Source: Octopus sinensis
Taxonomy: Eukaryota
Direction: 5' to 3'
NCBI RefSeq assembly: GCF_006345805.1
Contig: NW_021826188.1
Span: 1 to 13,194 of the forward strand
Length of the DNA: 13,194 nt
Both the position numbers and the translations under genes were made by a program. The notes under the pieces are model-generated. The model was not told the origin of the DNA. It searched no databases and was given only the letters and a program-made list of their open reading frames with translations. Of this stretch, positions 1 through 8,094 are shown in pieces; position 1 is the stretch's first letter; each line of letters opens with the position of its first letter.

Positions 1-180
1 GCCGGTCTTGATGTGAGGCGGCAGAAGGTGGGAGAAGAAAATGGAGAGGTACGAGGCGACAGAAATTTCTCGTGTATAGCGATAACTGTGAAGATATAAG
101 GGGAAAAAAAGTGTAGGACCCGAGATATATTGGAGATGTAAGGGATAAATAGTTTAACATAAACCACATGTCAACGTTTA

Positions 181-266
181 TATGTATATACTATATATAT
201 ATATATATAGATATATATATATATATATATATATGAATATATATATATATATATATATAATATAAT

Positions 267-302
<36 letters not shown>

Positions 303-355
303 CATGCACATATATATATATATAAATGTATATGTATATATATGTATATATATAT
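181..355. repeat. Imperfect (TA)n microsatellite
   Basis: Long TA run with occasional G/C interruptions. Confidence 0.97.
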
Positions 356-608
356 GTGGTGAGCGTATAGAGGCAGGCGTTGGAACGCGTTGTTAGAGAT
401 TTGAAATGATATACGCTATGACTTCAGACGCCTCACAGGAGACTTTTACAACCTTCCCGAACAAAGAGCTTGTAAAACATCCGCCATTTGGTGACATGAC
501 AGACGACCTGAGTCGCTTTCAACAGCGCTGTGACACAAGCACTAGATTCACACACCTCCTCAAATGCACATGCGCAGACACACCCATGCAGACACTGAGA
601 CACGGATG

Positions 609-684
609 CACACACACACACACATTTATGTGCGTGTACCCACATACAAGCACAGAAGCGTGTGTGTGTGTGTGTGAGAGAGAG
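609..684. repeat. (CA)n and (TG)n/(AG)n microsatellites
   Basis: CA run at 609-624, TG run at about 659-676, then AG. The TG run abuts the family C SINE fragment. Confidence 0.9.
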
Positions 685-685
685 A

Positions 686-869
686 CCACCGCTTGACAAC
701 CGGTGTTGGTGTGTTTACGTCCGCGTAACTTAGCAGTTCGGCAAAAAAACCCTAATAGAATAATTACCCGGCTTAAAATCAACTGGAGGTTGATTCATTC
801 GACTAAAAATTCTTCAAGGTGCTGCTCCAGCATGGCCGCAGTCTAATGACTGAAACAAGTAAACAAATA
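686..869 (+). mobile_element. 3' half of an octopus-type SINE (family C)
   Basis: Homologous in reverse complement to 2992-3520 (gactgaaacaagt / acttgtttcagtc; ttcaagg / ccttgaa; gtttacg / cgtaaac). SINE identity and orientation are from recall of abundant octopus repeats, not verified. Confidence 0.65.
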
Positions 870-931
870 CATGCATTACATTATACTATCATACATGCAG
901 AGACATGCGTGAATGTATGAATGTTACGAAA

Positions 932-1127
932 TATTCTTTTCTACTCTAGGTACAAGGCCCGAAAGTTCTGGGGGCCAGTCGATTAGATCGACCCCGGAAC
1001 GCAACTGGTACTTAATTTATCGACCCCGAAAGGATGAAAGGCAAAGTCGACCTCGGCGGAATTTGAACTCAAAAGTTAACGGCAGACGAAATACTGTTAA
1101 GCATTTCGCCCGGCGTGCTAACGTTTC
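932..1127 (-). mobile_element. Family A tRNA-derived SINE, 5'-truncated inside the A-box, tail type 1
   Basis: Core ggtacttaatttatcgaccccgaaaggatgaaaggcaaagtcgacctcggcggaatttgaactc recurs 13 times in the window. The head stops at gtgctaacgtttc. Confidence 0.85.
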
Positions 1128-1361
1128 TTATTTCTTTATTGCCCACAAGGGGCTAATCATAGAGGGGACAAACAAGGATAGACAAACGGATTAAGTTGAT
1201 TACATCGACCCCAGTGCGTAACTGGTACTTAATTTATCGACCCACAAAAGGATGAAATCTAAAGTCGACTTCGGCGGAATTTGAACTCAGAACGTAACGG
1301 CAGACGAAATACTGCTAAGCATTTCGCCCGGCGTGCTAACGATTCTGCCAGCTCGCCGCCC
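1128..1361 (-). mobile_element. Family A SINE, full head, tail type 2
   Basis: On the minus strand: A-box-like TGGCAGAATCG, B-box-like GAGTTCAAATTCC, core, and tail ending gggcaataaagaaataa (same tail as the end of 2556-2943). Confidence 0.88.
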
Positions 1362-1369
1362 TATTAAAA

Positions 1370-1586
1370 TATCCTTCTCTACACTAAGCACAAAGCCCGA
1401 AATTTTTGGGGAGGTGACCAGTCGATTAGATCGATCCCAGTACGCAACTGGTATTTAATTTATCGACCCCCAAAAGGATGAAAGGCAGAGTCAACCTCGG
1501 CGGAATTTGAACTCAGAACGTAACGGCAGCCGAAATACTGCTAAGCATTATAGCCGGCGTGCTAACGATTCTGCCAGCTCGCCGCC
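1370..1586 (-). mobile_element. Family A SINE monomer, tail type 1
   Basis: Full head (ctgccagctcgccgcc on +), core and the gcacaaagcccgaaattttt tail. Confidence 0.88.
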
Positions 1587-1964
1587 TTTCGATTTTTATA
1601 TATTGAAGCAAAATAATGAAGTAAAACGACTTTCTCATTATTAAGCAGGTGTTTGGAACATAAATTAATACGAAATTTCGATGGAAGAGTTTAATTAAGA
1701 TCGCTTAAAAATATGAAGATGGCATCACAGAACCGTGAGTGGTCTCAGACGTATTGTTGTCAAAAGAGTTACATGACAATTAATATATTGAATGGGTTTC
1801 AAACTGGAAAGTGTTTGTCAAAAATTAGGAAACAATTTAATATATACGAGTAATTTTTAGAAAGATTTTCAAAGATGATGGCGAAAAACTTGTGAGCTTG
1901 AATGATCGCTCGAACCGCTATTAACTTTTAATAGAATGCAAAATACAATATTATTATGCGTGTA

Positions 1965-2550
1965 GGGCGGCGAGCTGGCAGAAACGTTAGCGCGCCGGGC
2001 GAAATGCGTAGCCGTATTTCGTCTGCCATTACGTTCTGAGTTCAAATTCCGCCGAGGTTGATTTTGCCTTTCAACCTTTTGGGGTAGATAAATTAAGTAC
2101 CAGTTACGCACTGGGGTCGGCGTAATCGACTTAATCCGTTTGTCTGTCCTTGTTTGTCCTCTCTATGTTTATCCCCTTGAGGGTAGTAAAGAAATGAGTA
2201 TTTCGTCTGTCTTTACGTTCTGAGTTCAAATTCCGCGAAATCAACTATGCCTTTCATCCTTTCGGGGTCGATTAAATAAGTACCAGTTTCGCACTGGGGT
2301 CGACGTAATCGACTTAATCCGTTTGTCTGTCCTTGTTTGTCTCCTCTGTGTTTATCCCCTTGTGGGTAGTAAAGAAATAGGTATTTCGTCTGCCGCTACG
2401 TTCTGAGTTCAAATTCCGCCGAAGTCAATTTTGCCTTTCATCCTTTCGGGGTCGATAACTTAAGTACCAGTTGTGTACTGGGGTCGATCTAATCGACGGG
2501 TCCCCTCCCCCAAAATTTCGGGCTTTGTGAGTAGAATAGAAAAGAATATT
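1965..2550 (+). mobile_element. Family A SINE trimer (one head, three core units, tail type 1)
   Basis: A-box-like tggcagaaacg at 1976-1986 and B-box-like gagttcaaattcc at 2038-2050. Unit starts gtatttcgtc at 2014, 2198 and 2381 (periods 184 and 183 bp). Confidence 0.9.
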
Positions 2551-2555
2551 TATTT

Positions 2556-2943
2556 ACCGCAACCTGACAGAATCGTTAGCACGCCGCGCGAAATAAGCGG
2601 TATTTCGTCTGCTGTTACGTTCTGAGTTCAAATTACGCCGAGGTCGAGTTTGCCTTTCATCCTTTCGGGGTCGATAAATTAAGTATCTGTTACGCACTGG
2701 GGTCAATATAATCGACTTAATCCGTCTGTCTGTTCTTGTTTGTCTCCTCTGTGTTTAGCTCCTTGTGGGTAGTATAGAAATAGGTATTCAGCCGAGGTCG
2801 ACTTTACCTTTCCTCTTTTCGGGGGTCGATTAAATAAGTACCAGTTACGCACTGGGGTCGATGTAGTCGACTTAAACCCTTTGTCCATCCTTGTTTGTCC
2901 CCTCTATATTTAGCCCCCTGTGGGCAATAAAGAAATAAGTATT
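2556..2943 (+). mobile_element. Family A SINE dimer, tail type 2
   Basis: Degenerate head (ctgacagaatcgttagcacgcc) and two cores. The second core lacks the B-box segment. Ends aaagaaataagtatt. Confidence 0.85.
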
Positions 2944-2991
2944 ACTATGTGTGTGTGTTAGTGCGTATATTTTGCCTTTTATCTTTCGCCT

Positions 2992-3520
2992 TTAACTTGT
3001 TTCAGTCATTGGACTGTGGTCATACTGGGGCACCTAGCTTTGACTTGTTTCGGACATTGGACTATGGTTCATGCTAGGGCGCTGCCTTGAAGGGTTTGGT
3101 CCTGTGACTCTCAACCGGAGTTGATATGGCCCCAGGGGTTTCATTTAAGATTTTGGGGATTCACACAAGCAAAATCGTAAATTAGTTACCCACTGTAGGT
3201 TATGAAGAGTCTATGAAAAAATGCCACTTTGGATGTAGTTATTGTAAGAGACAGATGGGTTTCTTCCTCAACCGTTTTACGTCGTTCGACGCACACAAGT
3301 GAATGCGTGAAAAGCAAAATATGAATTTTGAAAGAAGGATCAAAAAAAAAACTGGTTTTTGAACACCGAATGGCTACGGGAATCCAACGAAATAGGAGTC
3401 AAAGGGGTTCGTAGGTAAAAAAAAAAAAACCTAGTTTAGTCGAACAAATCGACCCCAGTACTGTTATTTTATTGGGTCAATTCCACCGAACTATAAAGTC
3501 ACGGGGGTGTGGCGTAAACA
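2992..3520 (-). mobile_element. Family C SINE fragment interrupted by an insertion (pieces 2992-3101 and 3434-3520)
   Basis: Both pieces are colinear with the reverse complement of 686-869. The first piece has an internal duplication of about 48 bp (acttgtttcagtcattggact / acttgtttcggacattggact). Confidence 0.7.
3102..3433. mobile_element. hAT-like non-autonomous DNA transposon (MITE)
   Basis: Interrupts a family C copy. Flanked by gtttggtc (3094-3101) and gtttagtc (3434-3441), a 7/8 8-bp TSD. The left end ctgtgactctcaacc resembles CAGTGGTTCTCAACC-type hAT/Charlie termini. The right TIR is decayed. Confidence 0.6.
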
Positions 3521-3521
3521 A

Positions 3522-3556
3522 ATATATATATATATATAGATATATATATATATATA
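3522..3556. repeat. (TA)n microsatellite
   Basis: Direct reading. Confidence 0.95.
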
Positions 3557-3780
3557 CACTCAATAACACTATAAAATGGTCAAAACCTTTTTCACAGGAA
3601 CTTAGTTCGATTTGAAAACCCCACTAGAATGGGAGAAAGCGCTAATATATGATCTAAGTTATGTGATGTATAAAACATGTAATATACAAATAAATATCTG
3701 TAAATATAAAACCATCCCAATTTCTGAGTATCTCATTTCTTCTAATATAAAATACCTGTACATCATCTCCAAACCTTCCA

Positions 3781-3824
3781 ATATATATATGTGTGTGTGT
3801 GTGTGTGTGTATGTGTGTGTGTGT

Positions 3825-3856
<32 letters not shown>
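3781..3856. repeat. (TA)n-(TG)n microsatellite
   Basis: Direct reading. Confidence 0.97.
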
Positions 3857-4466
3857 ATTTAGGGCTAAAACCACTAGGTGGATAACCATACGCTAGAGGA
3901 AGATCACATACGATCTAACTACAAAGAAAGAATGTTCTCCATAGAAAATTCAGCGAACACCAGAACATACGCAGGCAAGACAGATGAAAATTATATAAAA
4001 ATCAAGAATTAATCGTATACCGATCTCGTCTATTACCGAATAATTTACTTACGTAATCCTTCGTCCGCAGACTCGGCAGTACGATCGTTCCAAAATCAAT
4101 ATAATTTGCAAAATTAAACACTAATTTTCCATATAAAACTAGACACGTGCTTAGTTCTACCGATTACATTGAGGTTATTTTCAAATGTCTAAGTTCTGGC
4201 GCGCTAAATTCCGGAAACAGCTCTGCAGCAGGTAATTTACTGCAGTTAATGTTGCCAATCAGAGAACATAATTATTTTAACATTTAAATAATGGGGGCGA
4301 TAAATTGAATATTAATTTAATTAATATCAATCTAAAACCAGTAGCCTAGCATGTAAAAAATCTGAAAAGTCAGAAAAAATTTCAATACATGTGTATATTT
4401 TGGGCTAAAACCACTAGGTGGACAACCATACGCTAGAAGATCACATACGATCAGACTACAAAGAAA
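3854..4466. repeat. Pair of ~75-bp direct repeats (3854-3929 and 4392-4466) flanking unique sequence
   Basis: Both contain gggctaaaaccactaggtgga(t/c)aaccatacgctaga..agatcacatacgatc..actacaaagaaa. Confidence 0.9.
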
Positions 4467-4488
4467 AATAAATAAATATATATATATA

Positions 4489-4633
4489 AACTGGTACTTA
4501 TTTTATCGACCTGGAAAGGATGAAAGGCAAAGACGACCTTGGCAGAATTTGAACTCAGAAACTAAAGATGGATGGACGAAATGCCGCTAAGGATTTTAGT
4601 CCGGCGTCCTAACGTGTCTGCCAACATGCCGTC
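4489..4633 (-). mobile_element. Old, 3'-truncated family A SINE
   Basis: Diverged core and head; no tail. Confidence 0.8.
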
Positions 4634-4651
4634 TTACATATTTGCCAAACA

Positions 4652-5033
4652 TATTCTTTTCTGCTCTAGGCACAAGGCCCGAAATTTTGGGGGAGGGGGC
4701 CAGTCGATTAGCTCAACCCAGTACACAACTGGTACTTAAGTTATCGACACCGAAAGGATGAAAGGCAAAATCAACCTTGGCGGAGTTTGAGGATGTAACA
4801 GCAGACGAAATACCTATTTCTTTACTACCCACAAGGGGCTACAGACAGAGGGGACAAACAAGGACAGACAAACGGATTAAGTCGATTACGTCGACCCCAG
4901 TGCGTAACTGGTACTTAATTTATCGACCCCGAAAGGATGAAAGGCAAAGTCGACCTCGACTCAGTACGTAGCAGCAGACGAAATCCAGCTAAGCATTTCG
5001 CCCGGCGTGCTAACGATTCTGCCAGCTCGCCGC
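4652..5033 (-). mobile_element. Family A SINE dimer, tail type 1, with candidate ~22-bp TSD
   Basis: Head at 5033, two cores, tail at 4652. Flanks 4634-4655 and 5035-5056 match at 19/22. Confidence 0.88.
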
Positions 5034-5279
5034 TTTACAGATTTGCCAGCCATATTAAAAGATGGTAAATAAACAATACTTCCTTAATTGTTTTCGATTC
5101 TATTTGAAAGTACAATTTTGGTTCAATGGAAGCGTTTCAAAAGAATTTCTTTGGAAATTCATAAATGGCGTTTAATACATTAACACACAGCTTTCTAACA
5201 TGCTGAGTTACATCATGGAATTTCCACGGGTTTCACTAGTTATTTTTATTACTATTTTTTCATCCATGTGGCAAATAAA

Positions 5280-5475
5280 TGAAATTATTATCATTATTAT
5301 TATTATTAATATTGTTGTTGTCGTTGTTGTTGGTGTTATCATCTTTTCCTTATCCTCCTACTCCTCCTCCTCTTCCTCATCATCATTCATTCATTCTTGC
5401 ATTTATGTTTCGCAATTTCTTTCTTTTTTTTTGGGTGGTGGTGGTGGTGGTGGTGGTGGTAGTGGTGGTAGGTAG
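5280..5475. repeat. Compound trinucleotide low-complexity tract (ATT, GTT, CCT, CAT, T-run, GGT)
   Basis: Direct reading; pure (GGT)n at about 5434-5460. Confidence 0.9.
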
Positions 5476-5635
5476 CATTTTTCTAAAAAGTTGTGTGAGT
5501 GTTGCAAGGGTTAGAGTCAGGGCTTGGGATGAGGGATGGGAAGTTATTATATTTATTTGTTTGTTTGGTTGTTTGTTTATTCCAGAATATTCTGCCAGAA
5601 GGTAAAGACAACCAAGTGTGAACGTGGGCCAACAC

Positions 5636-5703
5636 GAAGAAGAAGAAGAAGAAGAAGAAGAAGAAGAAGAAGAAGAAGAAGAAGAAGAAAGAAGAAGAAG
5701 AAG
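5636..5703. repeat. (GAA)n microsatellite
   Basis: Near-pure GAA run; source of the poly-E and poly-R ORFs. Confidence 0.98.
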
Positions 5704-6137
5704 AGCGACGGCGACGATGACAAGAAGGAATGGTCGCCAGTATAGAATTAGGAGCAGGGAGATGGGTGGGACGAATATGTTAGGGTTTGAGCCAGGGGGA
5801 GGGGTCCAGCGATAAACAGAAGGAATTGAAATTTGGTTAAGATGTCGATAATGCTAAGGTGCCATGATCTGTTATCAGATGCTGTCTGGGAAATATAAAA
5901 AGGAGGAAAAAAATTAATCCATTCCCACACCACTCCTCTCTCTCTCCCTCTCTCCCTCGCCCATCTCTCTCTCCCTGTCACCCTCTCTATCTATCTTCTA
6001 TCTACCTATCTATATCTACCTGTCTTACCCTCTCTCTTTCTCTTTGTATATTATGGGTGCGTATAACAGTTTGGTAAGCGCTATGCACGAAACTCTCGAT
6101 CCTCGAGTCACTTTGGCAGCTTTTCAGCCGATTGGAA

Positions 6138-6240
6138 GACACACGCATATACACACGCGCACACACACAAACAAACACACATATATATACCTCTTATAAA
6201 TACATATATATATACATACATACATACATACATACATACA

Positions 6241-6272
<32 letters not shown>
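6138..6272. repeat. (CA)n / (TA)n / (TACA)n compound microsatellite
   Basis: Direct reading; abuts the palindrome. Confidence 0.95.
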
Positions 6273-6273
<1 letters not shown>

Positions 6274-6301
6274 GTGAAAGTAATAGGTGACAATTATTCG
6301 G

Positions 6302-6375
6302 TAGCCATGATAATACTCCGAGTTTCAGATGCCGAGGTGGAAATCCACGACGCCATCTCTTCAGTTATCCGACCA
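6302..6375 (-). ncRNA. Type I hammerhead ribozyme motif (left arm, opposite strand)
   Basis: Mirror copy of 6403-6476. Its two substitutions lie in stem I and remain pairing-compatible: one extends the stem to GAUAA/UUAUC, the other converts C-G to U-G. Confidence 0.7.
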
Positions 6376-6402
6376 TCGGAAAAATGCTATGAAAAATTCC
6401 GA

Positions 6403-6476
6403 TGGCCGAATAACTGAAGAGATGGCGTCGTGGATTTCCACCTCGGCATCTGAAACTCGGAGTATTATCATGGCTA
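6403..6476 (+). ncRNA. Type I hammerhead ribozyme motif (right arm)
   Basis: Stem I AUAA 6410-6413 / UUAU 6465-6468 (extendable UGGCC/GGCUA); core CUGAAGA 6414-6420; stem II GAUG..CAUC with inner GUGG/CCAC hairpin; one extra U at 6451; GAAA 6452-6455; pseudo-palindromic stem III ACUC-G-GAGU; GUA cleavage triplet 6462-6464. Confidence 0.7.
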
Positions 6477-6664
6477 CCGAATAATTGTCACATATTACTT
6501 TTACAGATAAATTCCTCTATTTACATAATATCGAGGTCTCTTTCTTTTCTTTTGTTTGTCTTACCGTTTTTTATCATATATATATATATATCAGTTTGAT
6601 TAAGACGAAGAAGCTGAAACTTCGAAGTCACTGACAATCTTTTGAGTGAAGAATTTAATATTAT

Positions 6665-6723
6665 ATACACACACATATCACACACACATACCCACAACAC
6701 ACACACCCACACACACACATATG

Positions 6724-6769
<46 letters not shown>

Positions 6770-6800
6770 ACACATATACATATATACACAAACATACATA
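6665..6800. repeat. (CA)n / (TA)n compound microsatellite
   Basis: Direct reading. Confidence 0.95.
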
Positions 6801-6939
6801 GACCCAGGCACACAAGCACTATCCTACCGTCTATATCGATGTGTGTGTTTGTGTGCCTACATCCCCATCCGTATGGAGCCGTCTCATTGTTGCCACCTCC
6901 GACTCGACAACCACCGTCAGAACAATATTGCTGTTGCTA

Positions 6940-7090
6940 CTACCAACGTCATCATTATCATCACTCACACCATCACACCATCACCACCATCACCATCGCC
7001 TTCTCTGCTCAGTTTTCATTTTTATTGTCGCAAAATACTTCACCACCAACACCATCGCTACTGTTACTATCATCGTTACTATAGTCGCAA
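6940..7090. repeat. Degenerate CAT/CAC/TAC triplet low-complexity tract
   Basis: Explains the His/Thr/Ser-rich ORFs in the track. Confidence 0.75.
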
Positions 7091-7516
7091 AAATTCCCGT
7101 CAGCGCTACCACTAGAAATAGCAGTTAAATCTCCATGAAATAAATAAATTTCCATCACTGAATCAACGTTTAGTTTGCTACATTTACATAGCATTTACAT
7201 CTGATCACTGTCACACATTGCTCACTTTTTCTACACTCGCACTGTCGCCAACAGAACAAACCTTCTCTTATACAGGCTAACACACGGAGAGCAGATCAGA
7301 ACCGTTTTTATTTTCTTTTTTTTTTTTTGCACAGAAGAGCCATTACTTTCTCCAATCAATGATCTTTGGGAAATAGAATGCTTCTGAGTTTTCGTAGAAT
7401 CATCATTTCACAAACTACACTCATTTCTGCATACGAAGTAGGACAGGACATCCTGCTTTATTGGGATAATATACACATATGCCAATGTACACGCACATTG
7501 TATTATATAATCATTT

Positions 7517-7906
7517 GTACTAAGGGCACAAGGCCTGAAGTTTGGGTCGAGAGAACTAGTCGATTGCATCAACCCTAGTGTTTCACTGGAACTTAATATA
7601 TCGACTCCATAAGGATAAAAGGCTAAGTTGACCTTGGCCGAATTTGAACTCAGAATGTAGCAGCACATGAAATACCTTTTTCTTTGCAGCCCACAAGGGG
7701 CTACACACAGAGGGGACAAACAATGACAGACAAACGGATCGAGTCGATTATATCAACCCCAGTGAGTAACTGATACTTAATTTATCGACCCCGAAAGGAT
7801 GAAAGGCAAAGTCGACCTCGGCGGAATTTGAACTCAGAACGTAACGGCAGACGAAATACCGCTAAGCATTTCGCCCAGCGTGCTAACGTTTCTGCCAGCT
7901 CACTGC
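7517..7906 (-). mobile_element. Family A SINE dimer, tail type 1
   Basis: Head near 7900, cores at 7775-7859 and 7591-7675, tail gcacaaggcctgaagtttgg. Confidence 0.88.
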
Positions 7907-7930
7907 ATTTTTGTACTATATAATGCATGT

Positions 7931-7958
7931 AAATAATATATATATATATATAATATAT

Positions 7959-8000
<42 letters not shown>
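7931..8000. repeat. (TA)n microsatellite
   Basis: Direct reading. Confidence 0.95.
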
Positions 8001-8094
8001 CACACGTCTAACAATACTCACGCACAAGTATATACACACATATTCAAATAGATATATACACTAGCCTGTATAGAAACACATACACATAATTGTT

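Larger units (their letters stand above)
6273..6505. repeat. 233-bp inverted repeat (109-bp arms, 15-nt spacer); probable inverted pseudo-LTR of a Penelope-like element
   Basis: Arms 6273-6381 and 6397-6505 pair with only 4 mismatches (6276/6502, 6286/6492, 6369/6409, 6372/6406). The Penelope-like origin is inferred from the hammerhead content. Confidence refers to the inverted repeat. Confidence 0.95.

Noticed and set aside
406-782. Overlapping ORFs of 87-96 aa
   Set aside because: They run through CA/TG microsatellites and a SINE fragment; no domain is recognisable.
1965-2550. CRISPR-like or satellite reading of the regular repeats
   Set aside because: Units are about 184 bp with no unique spacers, carry Pol III boxes, and occur dispersed on both strands. 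They are SINE multimers.
4076-4089. 14-mer gcagtacgatcgtt repeated at 11071-11084
   Set aside because: No flanking homology; cannot be distinguished from chance.
913-4971. Similar short ORFs containing RNWYLIYRPRKDERQSRPR
   Set aside because: These are translations of the family A SINE core, not a gene family.
5586-5601. Possible 16-nt microexon (tttattccag|...aag|gtaaag)
   Set aside because: Splice-like signals are common by chance in T-rich DNA, the length is not a multiple of 3, and there is no transcript evidence.
5200-5815. Poly-I/V/S/G, poly-E and poly-R ORFs
   Set aside because: Direct products of triplet microsatellites.
5890-5902. TATA-like atataaaagg
   Set aside because: Single short motif in AT-rich DNA with no downstream gene evidence.
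6598-6639. Third hammerhead-shaped motif: gatt-aagacga-a-gaag(ctgaaa)cttc-gaa-gtcactgac-aatc
   Set aside because: Helix order matches, but C3/U4 and A15.1/U16.1 are absent and there is no unpaired cleavage nucleotide. At best a dead relic, possibly chance.
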